In this document: one piece after another, positions 8,866-20,248 of the stretch
Position numbering within the stretch: position 1 is the first letter of the stretch
Layout of the letters: each line of letters begins with the position of its first letter
NCBI GenBank assembly: GCA_025594325.1
Contig: JANHCV010000004.1
Span: 1,984,001 to 2,048,000, forward strand
Reading direction: 5' to 3'
Origin: Blastocladiella emersonii ATCC 22665
Lineage: Eukaryota; Fungi; Blastocladiomycota
DNA length: 64,000 nucleotides
The notes under the pieces: model-generated
Seen by the model: the letters and a program-made list of their open reading frames with translations, nothing else
What the model was told of the DNA's origin: nothing
Database searches by the model: none
Position numbers and translations under genes: made by a program

Positions 8866-11800
8866 ATGAATCGCGATATCCGAGTGTCTATCGACCGAGG
8901 TAGGCCCTCGCATGGCCAGTAACCCGCCCGGCCGGCCGGTGCTGACCCCGCCCTCGTACAACCACCGTCTAGGCGGCACCTTCACCGATGTGTTCGCGAT
9001 GCAGTCGTCGCCCGACGGCGGCGCGCCCACGACCAAGGTGTTCAAGCTGCTGTCGGTCGATCCGCGCAACTACGCCGACGCCAACGTCGAGGGCATCCGC
9101 CGCGTCCTTGAGCACTTCACGGGCCAGCCGCACCCGCGCGGCGTCCCGCTCGATACGTCCCGCCTCGCCTCGATCCGCCTCGGCACCACCGTCGCAACCA
9201 ACGCCCTGCTCGAGCGCAACGGCGAGCCGTGCGCCCTGCTCATCACCAAGGGCTTCCGCGACCTGCTGCACATCGGCAACCAGTCGCGCCCCAACATCTT
9301 TGATCTCAAGGTCCTCGCCCCCGAGGTCCTCTACGATGCCGTCGCCGAGGTCGACGAGCGCGTCACGCTCCTCGGCTACACGATCAGCCCCGACGGCGCC
9401 ATCGATCCCGCCGACTACGCCACCGACCCGCACGTCGTCCGCGGTATCACGGGCGAGCTCGTCAAGGTGCACCGCGCGCCCGATCTCGCCGTCGTCGAGA
9501 AGCAGCTGCGCGACATCTTTGCCTCGGGCATCCACTCCGTCGCCATCTGCCTGCTGCACAGCTACACGTTCGTCGACCACGAGCAGGCCGTCGCGGGCCT
9601 CGCGCGCCAGATCGGCTTCACCAACGTGTCGGTCTCGTCCGAGATTATGCCGCGCATCAAGGCCGTGCCGCGCGGCATGACCGCCGTCACCGACGCCTAC
9701 CTCACGCCCAAGATCAAGCAGTACGTCGACTCGCTCATGCGCGGGTTCAAGACGCTCGACGGCGTCCGCGTCGAGTTCATGCGGTCCGACGGCGGCCTGA
9801 CCCCCGTGTCCGACTTCCGCGGCTACGCCGCCATCCTGTCGGGTCCCGCCGGCGGCTACGTCGGCTACGCGCTCACGTCGTATTCGGCCAAGACCAAGCT
9901 CCCGATCCTGTCGGTCGACATTGGCGGTACCTCGGCCGACACGTCGCGGTACGACGGCGAGTTCGAGCACGTCTTCGAGACGACCACGGCCGGCGTCACC
10001 ATCTCCACGCCGCAGCTCGACATCAACACGGTCGCCGCCGGCGGCTCGTCGCGCCTCTTCTTCCGCAACGGTCTGTTCACGGTTGGCCCCGAGTCGGCGG
10101 GCAGCGAGCCCGGCCCAATCTGCTACCGCAAGCCCGGCGGCGTGCTCGCCATCACCGACGCGAACCTGCTCCTCGGCCGCATCTCGGTCTCGCACTTCCC
10201 TAAGATCTTCGGCCCCACCGAGGACCTGCCGCTCGACCTCGAGGGCACCACGCGCGCGTTCCAGGCCCTCACGGACGAGATCAACGCGGCGCTCGGCACG
10301 TCCAAGTCCGTCGACGAGGTCGCGTTCGGCTTCATCAAGGTCATGAACGAGACCATGTGCCAGAAGATGCTCGCCATCACGCAGGCCAAGGGCTTCGACG
10401 TCGAGAAGCACATCCTTTCGTGCTTTGGCGGTGCCGGCGCGCAGCACGGTGTCGCCGTCGCGCGCAACCTCGGGATCCGCCGCGTGTTCGTCCACCGCCA
10501 CGCGCCCATCCTGTCGGCGTACGGCCTCTCGCTCGCGTCCGTCGTGCACGAGGAGCACGAGCCGTGCCAGGCCACGCTGACGCCCGCGTCGCTCGTCGAG
10601 CTCGAGGCCAAGCTCGCGGACCTCGCCGCGCGCGCCCGCACCTATTTCGCCGACCAGGATTTCGCCGCGGCCGACGTCGACGTGCACGAGTACCTCAACC
10701 TGCGCTACGAGGGCACCGACACCAACCTCATGATCCGCCGCCGCACGCACGCAGTCGCCGACCTCGTCGCCGACTTCGAGGCCGACTACGTGCGCGAGTT
10801 CGGGTTCAAGCTGTCTCGCCCGCTCATCGTCGACGACCTGCGCGTCCGCGGGTCCGCGCGCGACCGCCACGTCGCCGGGATCCAGACGGGCACCGACCTC
10901 CAGGACGAGCTCGACTCGCTCAAGCGCGCGCCCGCGCCGCCGTCGGCGCTCCGCCAGTCCATGTATTTCGAGCACGTCGGCCGCATCGACGCGCCGCTCT
11001 ACGTCATGGGCGAGCACGCGCTGCGTCCCGGTCACACCATCGCCGGCCCCGCGCTCATCCTCGACCAGAACACAACTATTGTGCTGCCGCCGGGCTCGAC
11101 GGCCATCATCACCTCGTCGACGGTCGTCATCGATGTCGAGAAGGCCGGCGCCCCTGCGACTGGTGTGCCCACCGCCAGCACGAGCGCCAGCGAGGCCGAG
11201 GTGACGTGCGACCCGATCCAGCTGTCGTTGTTTGGCCATCGATTCATGCACATTGCCGAGCAGATGGGCCACACCCTGCAGAAAACTTCGATCAGCACCA
11301 ACATCAAGGAGCGTCTCGACTTTTCTTGCGGTACGGTCTCGCTTCTTTAACCCATTTCATCGGCGCGTGTGCATCCTCGGCATGATTGTGGTGCTCTGTG
11401 CATGCATGAGGCGCCCTCTGTGTGGGTTGTTGGTCGCCGCGAGCGGGGTCGCTCGCAGTCGATGGGGGACTGACCGTTTGGCCTCCCCTCGCCCAGCTCT
11501 CTTCTCTCCTCATGGTTATTTAGTCTCCAACGCTCCTTCCATTCCCATACATTTGGGCAGCATGCAGGATGCTGTACGGTTCCAGATCCGCAACTTTCCC
11601 GAGATGCGCGACGGCGACGTGATCGTGGCCAACCACCCGGCCTGCGGCGGCAGCCACCTGCCCGACATCACGGTCATCACGCCCGTTTTCCACGATGGCA
11701 AGATCATCTTCTTTGTCGCCTCGCGCGGGCACCACGCCGACATTGGCGGGATCTCGCCTGGGTCGATGCCGTCCAACTCGACCGAGCTGTGGCAGGAGGG

Positions 11801-13209
11801 CGCGGCCATCACGGGCTTCAAGATCGTCGAGGCGGGCGTGTTCCAGGAGAAGGGCATCACCGAGCTGCTCATGGCGCCTGGCAAGTACCCTGGATGCTCG
11901 GGCTCGCGCAACCTCGCCGACAACCTCTCGGACCTGCGCGCCCAGGTCGCCGCCAACCATCGCGGCATCACGCTGTGCAAGCAGCTCATCGCCGAATGCG
12001 GCCTGCGCACCGTGCACGCCTACATGGAGGTACGCGTTCTTCTCATCTTTCGCGATTGGGCGGCAAAACCGACTCACAATGACCGGCCGTCCTTGCAACT
12101 GTCTAGTTCATTCGCGCCAACGCCGAGAACGCCGTCCGCGAGCTGCTCAAGCAGACGGCCGCCAAGTACGGTCCGCGCCTGCACGCCAAGGACTTCATGG
12201 ACGACGGGTCGCCGATCGAGCTGACCGTGACCATTGACCCGGCGACTGGTTCAGCGACGTTCGACTTCTCGGGCACGGGTCCCGAGGTCTACGGTAACTT
12301 CAACGCGCCGCTGTCGATCACGTACTCGGCCACCCTCTACACTCTCCGCGCCATGCTCGACTCGGATATCCCGCTCAACCAGGGCTGCCTCGGCCCCGTC
12401 ACCTTCTACATCCCGTCGGGCTGCCTCCTCAGCCCGTCCAAGGACGCCGCCGTGGTCGGCGGCAACGTCATGACGTCGCAGCGCGTGGTCGACGTGGTGC
12501 TGCGCGCCTTCAACTACTGCGCGGCGTCCCAGGGCGACTGCAACAACCTCACGTTCGGCAACGACAGCTTCGGGTACTACGAGACGATCGCCGGCGGCGC
12601 TGGTGCGGGGCCGGGATGGCACGGTCGATCGGGCGTGCACACGTACGTTCTCGCGCTTCCGCCCTGTGCTTGGCCACGGTCCGCTGCGACTCACCGCGAC
12701 TCTCTCGTCTGTGTAGCCATATGACCAACACGCGCATCACGGACCCCGAGATCCTCGAGCGGCGGTACCCGGTCGTGCTGCGCCAGTTCTCGCTGCGCAA
12801 GGGCTCGGGCGGCGCGGGCAAGTGGCGCGGCGGCGACGGCGTGGTCCGCGAGCTCGAGTTCACGGTCCCGCTGCAGGTGTCGGTGCTGACGGAGCGCCGC
12901 GTGCACTCGCCGTACGGCCTCGCGGGCGGGCACTCGGGCGAGCCGGGTCGCAACCTGCTGATCAAGGGCGGCGGCGACGGCGGCAAGCGCACCATCAACC
13001 TCGGCGGCAAGTGCACGGTCAAAGTCGAGGCGGGCGACACGGTCATGATCTGCACGCCGGGCGCGGGCGGGTACGGCGCACCCGACGCGGCGGGCGGCGG
13101 CAACGGCGACGACGCGATGCAGGTCGAGAACAACGAGGGCGAGGTCGCGGTGCCGTACCTCCAGACGGGCAGCTACCTCAAGCGCAAGTTTGAGCAGTAC
13201 AGCAACTGA
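8866..13209 (+). CDS. OXP1: 5-oxoprolinase (ATP-hydrolysing; hydantoinase A+B fusion)
   Basis: [11 protein letters not shown]|GGTFTD (intron 8900-8972), [50 protein letters not shown]|[30 protein letters not shown]. Further introns at 11331-11496, about 12030-12107 and about 12643-12717. Confidence 0.95.
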
Positions 13210-14506
13210 GCGCGTCGTGAATACACACGTCCAGTTCTGATCGAATCTCGCTCGCCCGTCTCTCGCAACTCAACGCGACGCGTTCCGCGCGCAGGACTGA
13301 GAGGACTCGAGCGGGAGACATGCTTTACAAGAACACCGATCGTGATATATGATACTAATGTCATCGCGTGCCCTCCTACTGAGGCGTCACATCAGGACTA
13401 ACCCGAAAGGAACCGCCGTCCTCGCCTCCGGTCGCCGGCATCGAGGACCCCATCTAGTCGGTCCGAGCCAGCCAAAACAAACAAACAAACAACTACTGCG
13501 CCATCATCATCATCGAGACCTCGAGCGCGCCGCCGACCCACCCGAAAGGCACCGTACATCTCTTTGTCACAGGTGGGGTCAGAGCTACGAGGACCCTCCA
13601 TCTTGTCGGTCCGAGCGACGATGCGGCGCGCGAGTCTTTTGGCGGCACGGCACGCACGCGCGCGCGGGGCCATGGACCGTACATGGTACCACCCGCGCGC
13701 GCGCCTGGCCGGTAGATGCGGAACAGGGGATGCGCACACGCGCACGCGTGCCGATGATGAGCGACGACGTGCGGGTGGCGGCTTCTACACGCGAGGAAGC
13801 GTTAGTCGAGGAGCGTGGGGTGCACCCAGAGTCGGATCGGTACCTTTGATGCGCGAGAGCGACAGCGTCGAGTCTTGATCAGGCCGTCGTGGCGCTCGAG
13901 GATGGTGATAGCGCGCGCGAGAGAGCAGCCCTTGATGATCGTGATCCTGACGAGACCGGGCACGCGAGGCCGACGAAGTGCAGGCGACGGGCGACTTGGT
14001 GTGGTCGATCAGGTTGTCGGCGAGCAGGTGCAGCGGCAGCGCGAGCGCGAACACGGGTCGGTCATGGCGAGGTACTTGGTGGTGACGAAGCCGAGAGAGC
14101 CGCGGCCGAACGCCGATGTTGATGGTCGTGGTGGACCGCGATCATGGGCTACGAGGTGGTGCTGCTTGTGCTCCTTGATCGAGCCTTGGTGCGTTGCAGC
14201 GAGTGAGGGTAGTGGTGGTGTATCATGATCATGGTAGTGGATGGTTGGTGAGGGAGGAGAGAGGAGGGATGCGGGGACCCAGGCCGAGCTTTGTAGCGGC
14301 TGGCCGAGCTCGGCCGTTCGCTGCACTGACTGGCGGCGCACTGCAAGTGCCGTGATATGCCAGTTGATAGAATTGGTTTCTGGCCTCATTCGCGCACCCA
14401 ACCGGTCAGTCGCGCGCGCAAAACCGCCAAATAATGGACGTGGGAGGCAAAACCGCGCGAGACGCGAGACGAAACGCGTCTCGCACCCAGCACGCGAGAT
14501 TCAAGG

Positions 14507-14758
14507 GACTGATTTTGAGGTGATTTCGACTCCTCTCGCGCCGCACAGAGCAGGGAGTATGTCCACGGGAGCTTCGACACAATCGCTGACATCCAGGTGT
14601 GCTGTACGTGGGGCCGGATCGGATGATCCAAGCTTCAAACGACAATGATAGTGCCGATCTTTTTCGCCCTCATTCGCGCAAGGTATTTTATCAGGTTAGT
14701 ACGCTATGACATGAGATCATTCGGCGCGAGAGGAGTCGAAATCACCTCAAAATCAGTC
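14507..14758. repeat. 252-bp hairpin/MITE-like unit with a 37-bp perfect inverted repeat
   Basis: GACTGATTTTGAGGTGATTTCGACTCCTCTCGCGCCG at 14507-14543 and its reverse complement at 14722-14758. No target-site duplication found. Confidence 0.65.
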
Positions 14759-14760
14759 GC

Positions 14761-15355
14761 TTGACCGTGCACTTGCCGCCGAGGTTGATGGTGCGCTTGC
14801 CGCCGTCGCCGCCGCCCTTGATCAGCAGGTTGCGACCCGGCTCGCCCGAGTGCCCGCCCGCGAGGCCGTACGGCGAGTGCACGCGGCGCTCCGTCAGCAC
14901 CGACACCTGCAGCGGGACCGTGAACTCGAGCTCGCGGACCACGCCGTCGCCGCCGCGCCACTTGCCCGCGCCGCCCGAGCCCTTGCGCAGCGAGAACTGG
15001 CGCAGCACGACCGGGTACCGCCGCTCGAGGATCTCGGGGTCCGTGATGCGCGTGTTGGTCATATGGCTACACAGACGAGAGAGTCGCGGTGAGTCGCAGC
15101 GGACCGTGGCCAAGCACAGGGCGGAAGCGCGAGAACGTACGTGTGCACGCCCGATCGACCGTGCCATCCCGGCCCCGCACCAGCGCCGCCGGCGATCGTC
15201 TCGTAGTACCCGAAGCTGTCGTTGCCGAACGTGAGGTTGTTGCAGTCGCCCTGGGACGCCGCGCAGTAGTTGAAGGCGCGCAGGATCACGTCGACCACAC
15301 GCTGCGATGTCATGACGTTGCCGCCGACCACGGCCGCGTCCTTGGACGGACTGAG
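14761..15355 (-). pseudogene. Inverted partial duplicate (595 bp) of the OXP1 3' region, intron included
   Basis: Reverse complement of 12428-13022. Appears identical except for 6 substitutions clustered in about 80 bp at the 15355 end. Confidence 0.9.
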
Positions 15356-15445
15356 AAAGCACCGTGAACTCCAGCTCGTGGTTCACCTCGGGGTCATGGT
15401 TTCCTTTGCCTTGTTTTGAACAAACACTGGAGAGAAGATGATGTA

Positions 15446-16177
15446 TCAGACTCCGTGCTGCTCAGAACGATCCGCAAGGAGAACCGGCGGTGCTGCGACA
15501 AGCTGCTGGAACCGCGCACGCCACGCGTCTTTGGCGCGGAGATACTCGAGAATCGCCTCGGATAGTTCCGGCGCCGGCACCCCCACGGCTGCGACGACGG
15601 GTTGGCGCGGCACCTCGCGCTCCAGACTTGGGCCAAGCGGGCTCACCACGGCGCCATCCCCTATCGGCGGCGGCAACCGGACCGGCGGCAAGCACGCCGC
15701 GACAAAGCTTTCGATCCCGTCCTCTTTCAACTCGTCGGCGGTGCGGAACAGCACGACCGCGACCGGATCCCCCGCCGTCGCGAGCGCCAGCGCGAGCCCG
15801 CCGCGGAGTATCTCGCACAACCCCGCGGGCGTCGCGAGCCACTTGCGCGCCGTATACTTTCTCGTGCTCGCAGGGGAGCGCACTTCGACCATCGCCTCGA
15901 AAGCGAGCGGCGGGTCGGTCTCACCGAGCGCGTGCAGCCGCGCCGCGAGCTCGGCCTGGCCCGTCGTCACGCCGGGTCGCGCGCGCACCGCTAGCTCCTG
16001 CAGCGCCTCCGAGACATCGAGAAGCAAGCGCAGTGGTGATGGGTCGCGGGACCCGGGCGACTCGAGGTGCGACACGAGCAGGCGCGCCGGCTCGTACAGC
16101 AGCTGCGGGGCGCGCTGGTGGTAGCGCGGCAGGGCCACGTCGGCGGGGCGACGTTGCTTCTTCATGAGAGTTTTCAT
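15446..16177 (-). CDS. Hypothetical protein
   Basis: 243-codon ORF from [10 protein letters not shown] with plausible globular composition. No recognisable motif. Confidence 0.4.
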   Translation of the reverse strand: MKTLMKKQRRPADVALPRYHQRAPQLLYEPARLLVSHLESPGSRDPSPLRLLLDVSEALQELAVRARPGVTTGQAELAARLHALGETDPPLAFEAMVEVRSPASTRKYTARKWLATPAGLCEILRGGLALALATAGDPVAVVLFRTADELKEDGIESFVAACLPPVRLPPPIGDGAVVSPLGPSLEREVPRQPVVAAVGVPAPELSEAILEYLRAKDAWRARFQQLVAAPPVLLADRSEQHGV

Positions 16178-16472
16178 TGCACGTTGTCGTACGGAGGGAG
16201 AGCGGGGCCGGTGAGACACGCTGAGGAGCTAAGCGCGGCGCGAGCGCGATCGGCAGGTGCGAGACGCGCCTTGAAATCACGTGCGCGTGGGGTGAAGCCG
16301 GTGCGGGATCAGCCGGAGCGCAGGCGGTAAGCTCTTTGGGCGTCAAAGGAGCGCCCCGCGAACCTCCTGCTGCTCTCACGGTCCCTCCCCTCCCTCCCTC
16401 TGCTCTGCCGTGTCGCCAACCAGGCTAGACTGTACCACTACGACCACCACCTGCTACGCATCTTGGCCCGCC

Positions 16473-17618
16473 ATGACGCTCTCGACCGCCGCTCCCACCG
16501 GTGCCGCTACTGCCGCCAACGCAACTGCCTCGTCGCCTCTCATGCCCATCACGCTGCCGCTCAAGACGTCGCCCGAGGTGGTGGCCGCGTTCGAGGCGTC
16601 GTACCACGTCATTGCGGGCGACCTGCTGCACGAGCTCGAGCACGTGTACAAGATGCCGCCCGTCGGCGTGGAGCGGATGCGCGCGATCCTCGAGCACAAC
16701 GTGTGCGGCGGCAAGATGAACCGCGGCATCGCCGTCATCGACACGCTCATGATCATTGCGCAGGGCCAGGGCCGCGTGCTGTCCGAGGCCGAGGTGTTCC
16801 GCGCGCACGTTGCCGGGTGGGCCATCGAGTGGATGCAGGCGTGCTTCCTCGTCGCCGACGACATCATGGACCAGTCGCACACGCGCCGCGGCAAGCCGTG
16901 CTGGTACCGCGTCGAGGGCGTCGGGCTCAACGCCGTCAACGACGCGCTGATCCTCGAGGGCCACATTTTCCGCTTTGTCAAGAAGCACTTCCGCGCCATG
17001 CCCTACTACGCCGACCTCGTCGACCTGCTGCACGAGGTGGCCTACCTGACCGAGCTCGGCCAGCTCATCGACATGCTGACCGCCCCCGAGGGCGACGTCG
17101 ACCTCAACCGCTTCTCGCTCGACCGCCACTCGTACATTGTCGTGCACAAGACCTCCTACTACTCCTTCTACCTGTCGGTCGCCATGGCCCTCATGATCGC
17201 CGGCATCCACGACCAGCGCGCCTTCGACCAGGCCAAGCAGATCCTCCTCCCGCTCGGCGAGTACTTCCAGGTCCAGGACGACTACCTCGACGCCTTCGCC
17301 GACCCGTCGGTCCTCGGCAAGATCGGCACCGACATCGAGGACAACAAGTGCTCGTGGCTCATCAACACGGCGCTCGCCCGGTGCGACAAGGACCAGCGCG
17401 CCGTGCTCGACGCCAACTACGGCATCAAGGACCCCGCCTGCATCGCCCGCGTCAAGCAGGTGTACCGCGACCTCGACCTGACCGCCGTCTTCGAGGACTA
17501 CGAGGACAAGTCGCACAAGCGCATCCTCGACCTCATCAACGCCGTCGACCCCGCCCTCGGCGTGCCCCGCGAGGTCTACGTGTCGTTCATGAACAAGATC
17601 TACAAGCGCTCCAAGTAA
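16473..17618 (+). CDS. ERG20: Farnesyl diphosphate synthase
   Basis: GGKMNRG, first aspartate-rich motif FLVADDIMD, RRGKPCWY, second motif FQVQDDYLD, KIGTDIEDNKCSW, C-terminal KIYKRSK. Intronless. Confidence 0.95.
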   Translation: MTLSTAAPTGAATAANATASSPLMPITLPLKTSPEVVAAFEASYHVIAGDLLHELEHVYKMPPVGVERMRAILEHNVCGGKMNRGIAVIDTLMIIAQGQGRVLSEAEVFRAHVAGWAIEWMQACFLVADDIMDQSHTRRGKPCWYRVEGVGLNAVNDALILEGHIFRFVKKHFRAMPYYADLVDLLHEVAYLTELGQLIDMLTAPEGDVDLNRFSLDRHSYIVVHKTSYYSFYLSVAMALMIAGIHDQRAFDQAKQILLPLGEYFQVQDDYLDAFADPSVLGKIGTDIEDNKCSWLINTALARCDKDQRAVLDANYGIKDPACIARVKQVYRDLDLTAVFEDYEDKSHKRILDLINAVDPALGVPREVYVSFMNKIYKRSK

Positions 17619-17895
17619 GTCTTTGCAGGCTTTTTTGTTCACCTGTTTCTCATATCCCCCGATCGAGTTAAATGTATCAGCAGCAGTTCTTGCACACCAC
17701 ACTCCTCTCGCCTCGCGTGCGCGTGCCTCCGTGAGCTGTGGCAGGTGCGAGACACGCTGCGAGACGCGTCGCGTCGACGCGTTCTTCCTCTTCTTCTCCG
17801 TCCACTTGCCCCCGCAAATTAACCCATCATACTGAATGCAGCGGCCCATGCACTGAATGCATCTGAATGAAGTGAAGCCATCGTGATCAACAAGG

Positions 17896-19965
17896 ATGTC
17901 TGAAAAGCGCAAGAAGAAAAAGGCCGAAAAGGAGGAGACCGGTACGCCGGCGGCCATCGCTTCGCGGCCACCGACTATCCTGACCACGCGGCCGGCGAGT
18001 AGGAGGCGAGACGGTCAAGGGCGGCGGGCCAGCGGCCGACCCGGTGCTCGTCGAGATGTACGAGCTCAGGATCAAGGATCTCGCTGAGAAGATTGACAAG
18101 GCGTACGTCCGATCGAAGGAGGGGAGCGAGGCCTGGCTGACATTGCGGATGATGTAGCAAGGAGAAGCAGAGGGCGCTGCAGGCCGAGAACGAGACGCTG
18201 CTCAAGGCGCAGACCAAGTCCGTCTCGGAAAAGGTACTCCTTCCGCACTCCGACCACGCGCGAGGCCACCACTGACTTGACGCGAGAACAATGTAGCAAG
18301 ACATCGTCGAGTTCCTGCGCATCGAGCTGGCCAACCACGAGCGGACGCTGGCCGAGACCGAGGACGCGCTGCACGCGCTAGAGCAGGAGAAGCAGTTCCT
18401 GATGCGCACGCACGCCGAGGAGCTGAGCGTCAAGGAGCACCACATGGACGAGGAGCGCGAGGCGCTGCAGCAGAAGGTGTCGAAGCTGAGCGCGGATCTC
18501 GCGGACCTGGCCGAGTTCCGCGGCCGCAAGGACGCCATGGAGCGCGACCTCGCCTCGCTCGTCACGGAGCTCGAGCGCAAGGAACGCGATTTCCGCACCG
18601 AGACCACGGCCATGGAGCGCAAGTTCCTCCAGGACAAGCACCTGCTCAAGCGCGAGATGGTCGGCAAGGTGACCGAGGCCGTGGCCAGCTTCCGCCGCGT
18701 CGCCGACACCCAGATTGCGGAAACCACCAAGCGCGCGATCCGAGAGAACCTCCTCGCCACGGCCCAGCTCCGCAAGATGGCTACCAAGACGTCCGAGCTG
18801 CTCGCCGAGAACGAGGCCCTCAAGGACGCCAACCGCCGCCTGCGCATCGACGCCGAGATTCTACGGGATGGCCAGGCGCAGCTCGCCCGCAAGAACGCCG
18901 GCGCGTACCACCTCATCCGCCGCCTCCTCGCCAAGCTCGAGGCCGCGCGCGTCCCGCTCGACCGCGATGACCACAAGCTGATCCGCGGCACGGTCCCGCC
19001 GCTCGACCCGAGCGAGGTGCGTGGCGGGCGCGAGGCTGGCGGCGGGTACGTCCCGCTCACCGGCGGGAGTGGCGTGACGGGAAGCCGGCCGCAGACGAGC
19101 GGGTCGACGCCGCACTCGACCATGGGACTTGCTGGCGGCGGCGGCGCTCCCGGCGGCGAGACGTTCATGGCGCTTAGTCCGCCCGGCTCGCCCTCGCGGC
19201 GCGCCCCGCCTCACGGCGGCTCCAACCCGACGGGCCCATCCACCACAACGACAGCCGCATCGCCCGGCCAGGTGCGACACCTGCAGGCGCAGCTGAACCG
19301 CGCCGAGACCGTGGCCGAGCAGCTGCACGGCGTCGTCGCCGATCTCGCCGACCATCTGCACCGCGTGTACCCGGCCGTCTCCTCGCCCGCGCGTCACCAC
19401 CACCACCACGGGTCCAAATCGCCGAACCGGCGGCACCCGCACCCACACGCACAAGCCCCGGCGGCGGCCGAGCCGCTGACGGCGGTGGTCCCGCCCGTGG
19501 TCCGCCGGTTCGTGCAGGACCTGCGCAGCCAGCGCGCGTTCGTGTCGCTGCACCTCCCGCGACCGCCGTCGCCCGTGCCCGGGTCCGGGGCCGCGCAGCA
19601 GGCGGGCGAGTTTGGGGGTCTCACGCCCGCCGGAGCCGCCGCGCGGAGCCCGCCCGCGGCGACGGCGGGATCGCTCGGCGCGCTCGCGGGCCCGGTCGTC
19701 CTCGGCGCGGCGCAGGTGGACGCGGCGGGGACGAATGCTATGGCGCTGAGTACGCGGAAGCACGTCAACCTCGAGCTGGTACGTCACCGTGACGTTGCTG
19801 AGGCACGGGATGATCTGCTCACACTCTCCGTGACGACGCGACGCGAACGTGTAGCTGCTCTCGCACCTCCCGCAGCTGCCCGGCAGCGGGACCAGCCTCA
19901 AGGGCGGCGGCGCTGGCGGAGGCGGACCCGGCGCGGGCTCGGCGACGGCGGTCGGGTCGACGTGA
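17896..19965 (+). CDS. CFAP157: Cilia- and flagella-associated protein 157-like coiled-coil protein (multi-exon)
   Basis: EK|QDIVEFLR, LAEFRGRKD, ERKFLQDKHLLKREM and AETTKRAIRENL recall CFAP157 (QDIVAFLKR, LEEFRLQK, ETTKRAIKEN). The 3' end depends on an inferred intron. Confidence 0.75.
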
Positions 19966-20248
19966 GGCCGTCGTTGCATCCGGTCCACCGAAGGGATGAA
20001 TACATGATGTGTCGGAGTGAGCAAGGCAAGGTCGTCGTCGTCGTGTCGTGTTGAGCGCCACCGTTATCGCGTGCTAAAACCAACGCGCCTATCGGCCCAC
20101 TCGCGCGCGCGTCGACTATCACCCGTTCCCACCGACTGAGAAGCAGCAAACCTTGACGCGTCCGCCCGCCGCCGCTCGTCCTCGCTCTCCCTTCGCCATC
20201 ATCAGAGCAGGACATCAAAGAAGCAGTGTCTCTGCCACCAGAACAACC

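Noticed and set aside
8969-11272. Very long antisense or alternative-frame ORFs (also 20820-23483, 29053-30264, 47739-50234, 54321-55787 and many others)
   Set aside because: Shadow ORFs of GC3-biased real genes on the opposite strand or frame; their translations are Arg/Gly/Ala-rich and carry no family motifs.
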